NCBI GenBank assembly: GCA_040390065.1
Contig: JAZJZE010000001.1
Location: 160,001-224,000 of the forward strand
Source of the DNA: a bacterium
GTDB lineage: Archaea; Thermoplasmatota; E2; JACPAO01; JAHFTW01
Length of the DNA stretch: 64,000 nucleotides
Direction: 5' to 3'
Below are positions 45,885 to 55,597 of the stretch, one piece after another. The position numbers and the translations under genes were made by a program. The notes below the pieces were generated by a model. The model did no database searches and was not told the DNA's origin. It saw nothing but the letters and a program-made list of their open reading frames with translations. Each line of letters starts with the position of its first letter. Position 1 is the first letter of the stretch.

Positions 45885-47312
45885 TCAGTGCGCCTTGGCG
45901 ACCATCGGCTTCGGCGCCGTCTGTGCGCCTGCCTTGCGATATTTCGGATGGAACTGTTCCAGCGTCTTCTTGTCGATGCGGGTCAGGATGGACTCGTCGA
46001 CGGTGGCCAGGAGGTCCCAGCCGAGGTCCAACGTGTCCTCGATGGTGCGGTCGTCGTCGCGGCCTTGGCGGACGTACTTGTTCTCGAACAACTCGGCGAA
46101 GTCGAGAACCTGCAAGTCGCGCTTCGACAGGGCGTCCTTGCCGACGATGGCCACGAGGCCACGCAGGTCGCGCCCTTCGGCGTACAGGGCGTAGCACTGG
46201 TCGGAGACCTTCTTGTGGTCGTCGCGGGTCTTGGCGCCGCCGATGCCGGCGTTCATGAGGCGCGACAGCGATGGCAGGACGTTGATGGGCGGGTAGATGC
46301 CCTTGCGGTGCAGTTCACGCGAGATGACAATCTGGCCTTCGGTGATGTAGCCGGACAGGTCGGGGATCGGGTGCGTGATGTCGTCGCCCGGCATCGTCAG
46401 GATGGGGAACTGCGTCACGCTGCCCTTCTTGCCCTTGATGTTGCCGGCACGCTCGTAGAGGTTCGCCAGGTCCGTGTACATGTAACCCGGGTAGCCGCGG
46501 CGGCCGGGCACTTCTTCACGGGCGGCGCCGATCTGGCGCAATGCTTCGCAGTAGTTCGTGACGTCGGTGAAGATGACGAGCACGTGCATGCCGAGGTCGA
46601 AGGCGAGGTACTCGGCCGCCGTGAGCGCCAGACGCGGGGTGAGGATGCGTTCGACGGCGGGGTCGTCGGCGAGGTTCTGGAAGATGACTGCACGCTTCAG
46701 GGCGCCCGTCCTCTCGAACTCGTTCATGAATTTCTTCGCTTCCTCGTTCGTGATGCCCATGGCGGCAAACACGACGGCGAACTCCTCGCCCTGGCCGCGC
46801 ACCTTGGCTTGGCGGGCAATCTGCAAGGCAATGTCATTGTGCGGGAGACCTGCGCCCGAAAAGATCGGGAGCTTCTGGCCGCGCACCAGCGAATTGTTGC
46901 CGTCAATCGTCGAGATGCCGGTCTGGATGAAGTCGTGCGGCGAGGCGCGCGAGTACGGGTTGATGGGGAAGCCGTTGATGTCGCGGTAGTCGTCGGGGAT
47001 GATCTCGGGCCCGCCGTCGATGGGGGACCCGGCGCCGGAGAAGACGCGGCCAAGGATGTTCTTGGCGAGGCCGAACTTGATGGTCTCGCCGAGGAACTTC
47101 ACCGTCGTCTTGTCGTTGTCGATGCCGGTCGTACCCTCGAAGACCTGGACGACGACCTGCTTGCTCGACGTGTCGAGGACTTGGCCGCGGCGAATCTGGC
47201 CGTTCGGCAGGCGCAACTGCACGAGTTCGCCGTAGCCGACTTCATGGGTCTTCTCGACGAAGACGAGCGGGCCCTTGATCTGCGTGATGGTGCGGTATTC
47301 CTTCTGCGCCAT
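45885..47312 (-). CDS. atpB: A1A0 ATP synthase subunit B
   Basis: [39 protein letters not shown]; start MAQKEY with TTTATA about 25 nt upstream. Confidence 0.97.
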   Translation of the reverse strand: MAQKEYRTITQIKGPLVFVEKTHEVGYGELVQLRLPNGQIRRGQVLDTSSKQVVVQVFEGTTGIDNDKTTVKFLGETIKFGLAKNILGRVFSGAGSPIDGGPEIIPDDYRDINGFPINPYSRASPHDFIQTGISTIDGNNSLVRGQKLPIFSGAGLPHNDIALQIARQAKVRGQGEEFAVVFAAMGITNEEAKKFMNEFERTGALKRAVIFQNLADDPAVERILTPRLALTAAEYLAFDLGMHVLVIFTDVTNYCEALRQIGAAREEVPGRRGYPGYMYTDLANLYERAGNIKGKKGSVTQFPILTMPGDDITHPIPDLSGYITEGQIVISRELHRKGIYPPINVLPSLSRLMNAGIGGAKTRDDHKKVSDQCYALYAEGRDLRGLVAIVGKDALSKRDLQVLDFAELFENKYVRQGRDDDRTIEDTLDLGWDLLATVDESILTRIDKKTLEQFHPKYRKAGAQTAPKPMVAKAH

Positions 47313-47413
47313 GGCAGGTCGGCGACGGGAGCGCGGTATAAAGACTGGACCTCCGGAAAAGGGACGAAATAGGACCGCTCTAACAGAAGCGAAAGCCACC
47401 GGAACACTGAAGA

Positions 47414-47431
47414 CCTATAGGGGCCTATAGG
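47414..47431. promoter_or_regulatory. Tandem CCTATAGG palindromes (candidate TA auto-operator)
   Basis: CCTATAGG at 47414 and 47424, 10-bp period, ending 5 nt before the antitoxin start. Confidence 0.6.
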
Positions 47432-47436
47432 ATATC

Positions 47437-47874
47437 GTGCAGGAACCGGCGACCACGCTCTGGGTCCCCACGGCGCTGCGCGACCGCCTCAACCGCCAAC
47501 GCGTGCATCCGGGTCAGCCGTACCACCAAGTGATTTCCCGCCTTCTGGATGCGTCCGAGCGGGCTCCCCAACTACCGCGCGCTGGCGGGATGGATGGTTT
47601 GGTCGCCGTCCATCGGGACCAGTTGCTGGAAGCGGCCCGAGCCAATGGTATCAACCGGTTGTGGCTGTTCGGTTCTCGCGCGCGAGGCGAAGCCGGCCCG
47701 GACTCGGACGTCGATCTTCTTTACGAAGCCCGCCCCGGCAAATCCCTGTGGGACATCTGCCCCTTCATCGAGGACGCAAAAGAAATCCTCGGCGTCAGCG
47801 TGGACCTGGTGGACCGCGCCGCGCTGCGGGGCGCATTCCGGGACCGGGTCGCCCGGGAGGCCATCCCGCTGTGA
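47437..47874 (+). CDS. MNT nucleotidyltransferase antitoxin with N-terminal RHH-like domain
   Basis: TTLWVPTALRDRL...YHQVISRLL, then LFGSRARGEAGPDSDVDLL. Confidence 0.88.
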   Translation: MQEPATTLWVPTALRDRLNRQRVHPGQPYHQVISRLLDASERAPQLPRAGGMDGLVAVHRDQLLEAARANGINRLWLFGSRARGEAGPDSDVDLLYEARPGKSLWDICPFIEDAKEILGVSVDLVDRAALRGAFRDRVAREAIPL

Positions 47875-48197
47875 CGCCGCACGACGACATCCTGTCGGTG
47901 GCCCAGATGCTCCAGTTCGCCAACGACTTGCGGACTTACACGAAGGGCCGGCGCCGCGAAGTCACCAAGGAGGGCATACTCCGGGACGCGGTCCTGCGCA
48001 AATTCGAGGTCTTCGGGGAGGCCGCAACCCGGATCAGTGCGGACTTCCGGACTCGTAATCCTGACGTTCCGTGGAAACGCATCATTGCCTTCCGAAATGT
48101 CCTGATCCACGCGTACGACCGCCTGGTCGGGGACGAGTTGCTTGTGGCGTTGGATGCCCTGCCGGGCGTCGTGGCCCAGCTGAAGGTCGCCAAGTGA
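47871..48197 (+). CDS. HEPN/DUF86 RNase toxin (HepT-like)
   Basis: GEAA, PDVPW, RNVLIHAY (RX4HXY); GTGA overlap. Confidence 0.88.
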   Translation: MTPHDDILSVAQMLQFANDLRTYTKGRRREVTKEGILRDAVLRKFEVFGEAATRISADFRTRNPDVPWKRIIAFRNVLIHAYDRLVGDELLVALDALPGVVAQLKVAK

Positions 48198-48222
48198 TCC
48201 GCCCCGTCGGGGTCGGCGAGGA

Positions 48223-48384
48223 ATGCACGGCCCCGCTACGACAGTGCAATGGCGCAACGTCACGGCGTTTCGCAACCGCCTCATCCATGGCTACGACGAA
48301 ATCGAGATGGACCGCGTCTTGGAAGCAGTGCCGGGGACAGTCAAGCAGGCGTTGCCAGAGTTGAAGACAATTCGCGACGGGTGA
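48223..48384 (+). pseudogene. Second, N-terminally truncated HEPN/DUF86
   Basis: 53-codon ORF not in the supplied track: VQWRNVTAFRNRLIHGYDEIEMDRVLEAV. Confidence 0.7.
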
Positions 48385-48408
48385 CTGGAGGGGCGTCGGG
48401 GCGGCCGT

Positions 48409-48711
48409 TCACGCTTTGGTGGGAGCCTGCTTCATCCGAACGCCCCAAGCGACCAGCCAAAGCCCCAGCCCCGCGGCTGGCAGGCCGAGCATCAGTCCCG
48501 GCAGTACATCCAGGTCGCCGGCCCCCGGGCGAAGGCCCGCCCACAACATCAGGGCGCACGCTAGAATGAGTGCGCTCCCAATCGTGAGTGCAAGGATGGA
48601 TGCGGGCCTGGTCCCGGCTTGTTTCGCTTGGCGCACGGCGGCGACCAACAGGTACAAGCCCACGCCAATCAGGACGAGGCCGGCCAGGAAGGATTGCTCC
48701 CACGGCGTCAC
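48409..48711 (-). CDS. Small membrane protein
   Basis: Three hydrophobic helices; the frame stays open upstream to the atpA stop. Confidence 0.55.
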   Translation of the reverse strand: MTPWEQSFLAGLVLIGVGLYLLVAAVRQAKQAGTRPASILALTIGSALILACALMLWAGLRPGAGDLDVLPGLMLGLPAAGLGLWLVAWGVRMKQAPTKA

Positions 48712-48792
48712 GAAGGAGAAGAGGAGGCCACCGACGGCAAGGCATGCACATGCAACCGCAGTCGTGGCCTGCCACCGGATGGCCGACTCCCC

Positions 48793-50556
48793 CTACGCCA
48801 TCATTTCCTTCTTCACGGTGACGTTGGCGAAACTGCCTTCGAGTTTCTTCATCGCGGCGTCGTAGACGACGTCGAAGTTGGCCTCGAAGCGGGCGCGGGC
48901 GAGGTCGGTGACGACGGGCAGGCCCGTGATCTCCTTCGTCGTGGCGCCGGCGGCGAGCGCCTTCTGCGCCAGGGTCTGGTAGCGCAAGATGGCCTTCCAC
49001 AGCTTGTAGTCCTTCTGCAAGGACGAGTACGCGTCGACCTTGTCGTAGGCGTTCTGCTGCAAGTAAATCTCACGGATGAGGCGGGCGGACTCCAGAGTGA
49101 TCTGCTGCTCTGGCGGCAAGGCGTCGGAGCCGACGAGTTGCACGATCTCCTGCAGTTCGGATTCGCGCTGCAGGAGTTCCATGATCTCGGCCTTCGTCTC
49201 GTTCCAGTCGGGGGCCGCGTTCTGCGTGTAGTACGGCGCCAGGTATTCCGGGTACAAGGAGTACGATTGCAGCCAGTTGATGGCGGGGAAGTGGCGGCGC
49301 TGGGCGAGCTTCGCGTCCAGGGCCCAGAACACCTTCACGATGCGCAGCGTTGCCTGCGTGACGGGCTCGGAGAAGTCGCCGCCGGCCGGCGACACGGCGC
49401 CGATGACCGAGATGGACCCCTCGCCGCCGCCCAGCAGCGTGCAGCGGCCAGCGCGCTCGTAGAATTCGGACAGGCGGGCAGACAGGTATGCCGGGTAGCC
49501 TTCTTCGCCGGGCATCTCTTCCAGGCGCGAGCCGATCTCACGCATGGCCTCTGCCCAGCGCGAGGTCGAGTCGGCCATGAGGGCGACGTCGTAGCCCATG
49601 TCGCGGTAGTACTCGGCGATGGTGATGCCCGTGTAGCAGGAGGCTTCACGCGCGGCCACTGGCATGTTGGAGGTATTGGCGATGAGGCAGGTGCGTGCCA
49701 TGAGCGGGTTGCCGGTCTGCGGGTCTTCCAGCACCGGGAACTCCGTCAGCACTTCCGTCATCTCGTTGCCGCGTTCGCCGCAGCCGATGTACACGACGAC
49801 CTTGGCGTCCGAATACTTGGCCAGGCTCTGCTGCGTGACCGTCTTGCCGGAGCCGAAGGGGCCAGGGATGGCTGCGGTGCCGCCCTTGGCGATTGGGAAC
49901 AGGCCGTCGAGGATGCGCATGCCCGTGTTGAGCGGGATGGTGGGAAGCTGCTTCTCGTCGAAGGGCCGCGGCATGCGGACGGGCCACTTGTGCACCATCG
50001 AGACCTTGGCGCCGTTGTCCAGCGTGCAGATGATCTCGTCGATGGTGAACGAGCCGGCCTTGATCTCCTTCACGATGCCGCCCTCGACGTTCGGGGGCAC
50101 CATGATCTTGTGCAGGATGGACTTGGACTCCTGGACGGTTCCCAGAGCGCCGCCGGGGACGACCTTGTCGCCCTTCTTCGCCGTGGGCTTGAACTCCCAC
50201 TTCTTCTTGTGGTCAAGTCCCGGGACGTCGACGCCGCGGAGAATGAAGTGGCCCATCTGTTCCTGCAGGACCTCAAGCGGGCGCTGGATGCCGTCGTAGA
50301 TGGACGTAAGGAGGCCGGGGCCGAGTTCGACGACGAGGGGCAACCCGGTGTTCTCGACGGGCTCGCCGGGCTTGACGCCGGACGTGTCCTCGTAGACCTG
50401 GATGATCGAGTACTCGCCCTCGATCTGGATGACTTCCCCCATGAGGCGCTCAGTGCCAACGCGTACGATGTCGTACATGGCGGGCTTGATGCCGATGGCG
50501 GTACAGACCGGTCCGGAGACGCGGTACACGGTTCCCTTCTCGTTTGCATTTACCAT
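48793..50556 (-). CDS. atpA: A1A0 ATP synthase subunit A
   Basis: [37 protein letters not shown]; no intein. Confidence 0.98.
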   Translation of the reverse strand: MVNANEKGTVYRVSGPVCTAIGIKPAMYDIVRVGTERLMGEVIQIEGEYSIIQVYEDTSGVKPGEPVENTGLPLVVELGPGLLTSIYDGIQRPLEVLQEQMGHFILRGVDVPGLDHKKKWEFKPTAKKGDKVVPGGALGTVQESKSILHKIMVPPNVEGGIVKEIKAGSFTIDEIICTLDNGAKVSMVHKWPVRMPRPFDEKQLPTIPLNTGMRILDGLFPIAKGGTAAIPGPFGSGKTVTQQSLAKYSDAKVVVYIGCGERGNEMTEVLTEFPVLEDPQTGNPLMARTCLIANTSNMPVAAREASCYTGITIAEYYRDMGYDVALMADSTSRWAEAMREIGSRLEEMPGEEGYPAYLSARLSEFYERAGRCTLLGGGEGSISVIGAVSPAGGDFSEPVTQATLRIVKVFWALDAKLAQRRHFPAINWLQSYSLYPEYLAPYYTQNAAPDWNETKAEIMELLQRESELQEIVQLVGSDALPPEQQITLESARLIREIYLQQNAYDKVDAYSSLQKDYKLWKAILRYQTLAQKALAAGATTKEITGLPVVTDLARARFEANFDVVYDAAMKKLEGSFANVTVKKEMMA

Positions 50557-50855
50557 AGGTCGACACCAACTGCTTGCTTGATCTTCTCGCGAAGAGTGTT
50601 GTCCTCTTCGGTGCCCACTGCGACCAGCGTCGGCTTGGTGGCCGACACGAGTTCACCGCGGGTGCGCGGGCTGACCCTTTGAAGGTCGCCCGTCTGCATG
50701 ACTAGGATGGAGACACCGTCGTCGCGGCGCGCGGCGGCCACGGCGCGTTCGAGGTCATCCTCGGAGCCGGCGCCAGTCTCCCAAATCTTGCGGATTCCCG
50801 CCAGGCGGAAGCCGAGCGTGAACTGCTGCGAGCCGACGACGCCGATTTCGCTCAT
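50550..50855 (-). CDS. atpF: A1A0 ATP synthase subunit F
   Basis: [31 protein letters not shown]. Confidence 0.95.
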   Translation of the reverse strand: MSEIGVVGSQQFTLGFRLAGIRKIWETGAGSEDDLERAVAAARRDDGVSILVMQTGDLQRVSPRTRGELVSATKPTLVAVGTEEDNTLREKIKQAVGVDLW

Positions 50856-50971
50856 AGGAAAGCCTCCGACGACTCCGACCGGTCAACAGATGCGACAGAT
50901 GAAACCGATGCGACCAAGCCGTCCACCATCTGGTGGATCTGTTCCATCTGTTGACAAGCATCAGCGGTCAT
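50852..50971 (-). repeat. 9-bp-period CAGAT palindrome forming a 39-codon coupling ORF
   Basis: CAGAT/CAGAT/CCGAT at 50887/50896/50905 mirrored by ATCTG at 50928/50937/50946; ORF overlaps the atpC stop (TGATG) and the atpF start (ATGA). Confidence 0.7.
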
Positions 50972-52044
50972 CAGACAATCAGCTCCTTCAGGCGTTCTTC
51001 CGAAAGTCCGGCCGCCTTGCCCCGAGCGACGGCGCGAAGGGTTGCGACCTCGCGGTGTTTGCGGATGACGAAGAGCAGGATGGGGATGAGCGACAGCGGG
51101 TGGCTGTGGCTGAGGTGGTCGAGTTCCTTCATGGAGGCGCGCCACACGGCCGATTGGAATGTGCCGAGCATGCGCGTCTGGCTTGCCTTGGCCAGTTCGT
51201 CCTTGACGCCCGTGTACGGTTTGAACTCGCCCAGCGCCTCGGCGAGGGCGGCGAGGTCCTTGCTGCGCGCGAGGGTCATGACCTGCGCGACCTTCAGGGT
51301 CTTGCCGCCCGGGATGATGTACGCGCTGAAGTCGCCCTGCTCGCCGGACGCGACCCAGCGGGCTGCATTGAGGAGATTGCGGTGGTCGGCTTCGCGGCGC
51401 ACGAAATCCAGCACGTCGCGCGCGCCCTTCTCCTTGGACGCCCCGAGGGCGGAGATGAGCCGGTCGTAGTAGACGAAGTCGAGGGCGTCCTCATAGCGCG
51501 GCAGCGGCGAGCCAGCCGGAACCTTCTGCAGGATGGCTGCCCAGTCGCGGGCCTGGCGCGTGCCCTTCTCGAGGGCCGCGAGGACATCCGGGATGGTCTT
51601 GACGTCCTCCGCCAGGAGCGGGGCGAAGGTGTCGTAGATGTCCTGGTTCTCGATCAGCATCTCGCGCAGCAGTTCGTCGCGGCCGGCGCCCGCGTTCTTG
51701 CCGCGCAGAAGCGTCTTGAGGTCCTCGAGGTGGTAGCGCTCGAGGAACAAGGCGATGAGTTGGCCGCCTGGGCCTGAGACCATCTTGCGGATGGCGTCGT
51801 AGGTGCGTTCCTCGTTGACCGTGAGTGCCGCCTCCAGCAGGTCGAGGCCGGTGAACTTCGTCGACAACTCGTCGACTTCGGACTTGTACGCGGACTCTTC
51901 GACAAAGCGCGTGATCTCGGCCACGTCCATCTTCAGGATCTTCTCGTACTCGCCGGGTTGGATGAGTTTCGAGCGCTTGGCCTGCACACGGGCCACGGCG
52001 TAGGGGTAGTTGCTGGTGCCACCCTGGAGGAACGACATGGCCAT
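50971..52044 (-). CDS. atpC: A1A0 ATP synthase subunit C
   Basis: NYPYAVARVQAKRSKL, LKTLLRGK, LRAVARGK; operon position. Confidence 0.93.
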   Translation of the reverse strand: MAMSFLQGGTSNYPYAVARVQAKRSKLIQPGEYEKILKMDVAEITRFVEESAYKSEVDELSTKFTGLDLLEAALTVNEERTYDAIRKMVSGPGGQLIALFLERYHLEDLKTLLRGKNAGAGRDELLREMLIENQDIYDTFAPLLAEDVKTIPDVLAALEKGTRQARDWAAILQKVPAGSPLPRYEDALDFVYYDRLISALGASKEKGARDVLDFVRREADHRNLLNAARWVASGEQGDFSAYIIPGGKTLKVAQVMTLARSKDLAALAEALGEFKPYTGVKDELAKASQTRMLGTFQSAVWRASMKELDHLSHSHPLSLIPILLFVIRKHREVATLRAVARGKAAGLSEERLKELIV

Positions 52045-52051
52045 GGATGCC

Positions 52052-52606
52052 TCAGTGGAAGAGGCCGGCTTCGGCCTTCAGGACGTCGCGCCAGGCCTCG
52101 TCGAGGATGGTCTCGTACGTCAGGTCCAACCGGGTGCGCCCGTCCTCGGACTCGACGACGATGCCGCCAGCCACCGGCAGGCTGCCGCCGTGCTTGTACG
52201 ACTTCTGCGCGGCAAGCGTCGCGGTGTCCGCGGCGGCGCCCCAGACCGTCCCCTTCGGGATGATGGTCAGCGCGCGCTTGACGAGAGCCTGGAGGTGCTT
52301 CTCACGCGACTTGGCGGGCAGGTCGGCAAGGCCCTTCAGGATCATGGCGCGCATCTGGTCGCGCAACTCGGCCTCGGCGGAGAGGAGGCCCTTGCGGGAT
52401 TCCGATTCCGCGCGGCTTTGCGCTTGGGCCAGGACGGCTTGCGCTTCGCGGCCGGCGCGCGCGATCTGCGCGGCTTCGTGGGCCTGCGCGTCGCGGCGGG
52501 CGGCCTCGAGGATGCTGGCCGCCTCCTTGCGGGCGTCCTGCAGAATCTGCTGGGCGCGGGCTTCGCCGTCGCGGCGCACCTCGCCGATCACCTGGTCGAG
52601 CGACAT
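52052..52606 (-). CDS. atpE: A1A0 ATP synthase subunit E
   Basis: MSLDQVIGEV coiled coil; GGIVVESEDGRTRLDLTYETIL. Confidence 0.92.
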   Translation of the reverse strand: MSLDQVIGEVRRDGEARAQQILQDARKEAASILEAARRDAQAHEAAQIARAGREAQAVLAQAQSRAESESRKGLLSAEAELRDQMRAMILKGLADLPAKSREKHLQALVKRALTIIPKGTVWGAAADTATLAAQKSYKHGGSLPVAGGIVVESEDGRTRLDLTYETILDEAWRDVLKAEAGLFH

Positions 52607-52620
52607 GGAATCGCCCGGGC

Positions 52621-52857
52621 TTACGCGGAGCCGGTCTTCAGCCAGAGCAGGATCGCCATGACGAAGCCGAAGATGACCACGGTCTCGGGGATGACGGTCA
52701 TGACCAGGCCTTTGCCGAAGTTCTTCTCGTCCTCGGCGGTGGCGCCGACGGCCGAGGCACCGATGGCGCTCTGGGCCAGTCCCGTGCCGATGCCAGCCAG
52801 GCCGATGGCCAAGCCCGATCCGATGCCAAGCAGTCCATTTCCAACGTCAACAACCAT
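52621..52857 (-). CDS. atpK: A1A0 ATP synthase subunit K (c), single hairpin
   Basis: Gly-rich helix 1 with Gln; IPET ion-binding Glu in helix 2. Confidence 0.95.
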   Translation of the reverse strand: MVVDVGNGLLGIGSGLAIGLAGIGTGLAQSAIGASAVGATAEDEKNFGKGLVMTVIPETVVIFGFVMAILLWLKTGSA

Positions 52858-52917
52858 GTCGTTTTCAGCTCCTTTTTGGGTGATCTTTCCGCGTGTTTGA
52901 AAGAGAGAAAGAGGGTC

Positions 52918-55137
52918 TTAGGCGGCGCGACGGCCAAACGGTAGATAAGGCCGACCCCCGCCCGTGTAGAATTTCTGGAAGAACTCGACGAACTGCAGAC
53001 GCAGCGACTGCAATCCGGCGCCGAGGATGGCAAGGGGGATGATGCATGCGAACCCGAGCACGTAGATGATCCACCCGACCGGGTTGCCGTCGGCGAGGCC
53101 GGGGGCGATGGCGATGAGGGCCACGGCCATGCCGGCCTTGCTGGCGCCGATGGCCGCAAGACGCGTGTAGGACACGAGGTTGCCAAGCAGGCCGGGTACT
53201 TCGAGGAGCGCCACGAACCCGGCACCTAGGACCTTCGTGGCGGCCATCCAAAGGAGGGCCACGCTGAACACGGCCAAGCCGACGCCCAGCCAACCCATCC
53301 AGGGCGGCAGCATCGCCGTCACCAATCCGAGGACAGCCATCGCCGTACCCGCCATGAGGAACAGCCATGCAGCCTTCTCCTGGATGGCAAGCGCCGCGCC
53401 GTGCGACACGTAGACGTTGCGGATGCCGAGGACGAAGCCGAGGATGAGGTGCACGAGGCCGATGAGGACGCACCAGATGAGAAGCGCCTGGATGTCGTGG
53501 ATCTTGGAGTAGTAGCCGAGGTTGACGAAGCCGCCGAGGCTCAGGTGGATATCGCTCGAGGGCGCGAGCATGTTGGCGTGCGTCGCTGGCGCGGCTTCGG
53601 TGACGTTGAACCCTGCCGCTCTTTCCGCATCGTTCTCGGTGATGGTGTCGATCTGCTCCTGCGCCGCCGCACCGCCCGTCTTGTACAGGAAGCCGTGCGC
53701 TTCGGTGTCGTACGGCGTGTGCAGGTGCAGGATGTTCTCCCAGGACAAGTCGCCCTCGTGCTGCTGCTCCGGCGAGACGACGAAGTGGATGCCGAGGGCT
53801 TCGCCGAAGACGAAGGCGCCGACGACGATGCCGAGCACACCGCCCATGACGAGCGCGCGGCCGACGGCGGGGCCGCCGATGCCGAAGACCTTGTGCTTCT
53901 TCAGCAGGATGCCGACGAGGACGATGACGGCGCCGACCGCCATGTCGCCGACCATGAAGCCGAAGAAGAGCGGGAAGAACAGGAGCATGAGCTTCGTCGG
54001 GTCGATCTCATGGTAGCGCGGCTTGCCAAGCAGGCCAAGCAGGAACTCGTAGGGGCGCGCGAGCTTGGGGTTCTCCAGGTGCACGGGGGGTTCGTCCTTG
54101 GCGTCGGTGCCATGTTCATGGCCGCCCGCGTCGCCGTGCTCGTCCTTGCCGTGGTGGTTGTTGTCCGTCGCATGCGCGACCGGCAGCCCTGCCGCTTCCC
54201 TGTGGTGGGCCGGCGCATCGGGTGCGTCGCGCAGGTTCTCGATGTACAGCTTGTCGCCGCATGCCGCGATGAGGGCATTCTCGACGCGCTGCACGCGGCT
54301 CGTCGGGACCCAGCCTTCGACGTGGAAGGTCTGGTCGGTGACGGCGAAGCGCAGCGGCACCTGTGTCCGCTCGACTTCGCCCACAAGGACGCGCTCGAGC
54401 CCTGCAAGGCGAGGGCCCCATGCGTCGCTCCGCTTGGCAAGTTCCGCGTCGGTGGCCTCGAGCTTTCCTGCGAGGTCGGCCTCCTCCGCGGCGAGGCGGG
54501 TGAGGCGGTCGCTGGGCGTGCCCATCCCGGGAGGGAGGGCTGCGGGCGAGAAGGCGTTCTCGGCCAGGATGCGCTCGGCGGCCGAGGCGTCCTTGCTGGC
54601 GACGACCAGGGCGACGCCGAAGCCGCCGGGAGCCGCGACGACCTGCATCTCGTTCGACCAGGTGGCTGCCGCGACCGCGGCCGACGGGTCGGAGCGCGCC
54701 GTGCCAAGGAACACGCGGACGGAGGAGAGCGACGACAGGAGGCCCGTGTCGATGTCGAGGCCGGCGACGGGGGCGAGGGCCTGCTCTTCGGCGTCGATGG
54801 CGGCCAGGCGCGAGCGCAGCGCGTCGGCTTTCTCGACGGCGGCGGCGGTCGCGGCGCGGGCCTCGCCGAGCAGCCGGGAGGGGTCTGGGACGTGTTCGAG
54901 GATGGCAGGAGCGGCTTCTGCGTGAAGCGCCTTCTGCAGGCCGCGCACGGCGACCAAGAGTTCGCTTGCCTTGTCGCCCGCCTCGAGGGGCGTGCCGATG
55001 CGCGTCGTGCCGGTCGGGTCCTTGAAGTCCTCGATGTGGACCGCACCTTCGGCGTGCAGCGTCGCGATGACCTTCTCCAGCTGGTCGCGGTGGCCGCCCA
55101 CCAGCAGGCGGCTCATTCGTGCGGGAAGGAAACTCAT
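52918..55137 (-). CDS. atpI: A1A0 ATP synthase subunit I (a)
   Basis: EIDPT, FFGFMVGD, SYTRLAAIG, LRLQFVEFFQKFY. Confidence 0.95.
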   Translation of the reverse strand: MSFLPARMSRLLVGGHRDQLEKVIATLHAEGAVHIEDFKDPTGTTRIGTPLEAGDKASELLVAVRGLQKALHAEAAPAILEHVPDPSRLLGEARAATAAAVEKADALRSRLAAIDAEEQALAPVAGLDIDTGLLSSLSSVRVFLGTARSDPSAAVAAATWSNEMQVVAAPGGFGVALVVASKDASAAERILAENAFSPAALPPGMGTPSDRLTRLAAEEADLAGKLEATDAELAKRSDAWGPRLAGLERVLVGEVERTQVPLRFAVTDQTFHVEGWVPTSRVQRVENALIAACGDKLYIENLRDAPDAPAHHREAAGLPVAHATDNNHHGKDEHGDAGGHEHGTDAKDEPPVHLENPKLARPYEFLLGLLGKPRYHEIDPTKLMLLFFPLFFGFMVGDMAVGAVIVLVGILLKKHKVFGIGGPAVGRALVMGGVLGIVVGAFVFGEALGIHFVVSPEQQHEGDLSWENILHLHTPYDTEAHGFLYKTGGAAAQEQIDTITENDAERAAGFNVTEAAPATHANMLAPSSDIHLSLGGFVNLGYYSKIHDIQALLIWCVLIGLVHLILGFVLGIRNVYVSHGAALAIQEKAAWLFLMAGTAMAVLGLVTAMLPPWMGWLGVGLAVFSVALLWMAATKVLGAGFVALLEVPGLLGNLVSYTRLAAIGASKAGMAVALIAIAPGLADGNPVGWIIYVLGFACIIPLAILGAGLQSLRLQFVEFFQKFYTGGGRPYLPFGRRAA

Positions 55138-55147
55138 GGATGGGCCC

Positions 55148-55465
55148 CTACAGCTTGCTCTCGATGATGCGGATGGCGCGGTCGGTCACGCCGGCGACGC
55201 CGGAGTCGAACGTCTTGCGGATCAAGTCGGCGTCCTTCTGGCCCTTCGCGGCCTGCTTCTTCGCGGCGGCGTCGGCTTCCTTGCGCGCGGCCTCGAGGCG
55301 GCTCTGGTGGGCGAACTCGGCCTGGGCGCGGCCCTCGGCGAGGATGGCGTCGGCTTGGCGCCGGGCGTCGGCCACGATGGTCTTTGCCTCGGCCTCCGCC
55401 TGGGCGATGCGCGTCTTGGCGCCGGTCTCCGCATCCTTCACGCGCAACAGGAGTTCGCTCTTCAA
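55148..55465 (-). CDS. atpH: A1A0 ATP synthase subunit H (G)
   Basis: 105-aa Ala/charge-rich coiled coil at the head of the operon. Confidence 0.85.
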   Translation of the reverse strand: MKSELLLRVKDAETGAKTRIAQAEAEAKTIVADARRQADAILAEGRAQAEFAHQSRLEAARKEADAAAKKQAAKGQKDADLIRKTFDSGVAGVTDRAIRIIESKL

Positions 55466-55597
55466 GACGGGCCCTAGTCGCGCGAAAACGGTGCGCTATT
55501 TCAGGCCTGGGGTGGCCTTCCCGTGGACACCTCGCGCCGCATGGGATACAACCCTTGGACCAGAAAACTCAAGTCCGGCGCCCTTCGTGGCGCGGAT

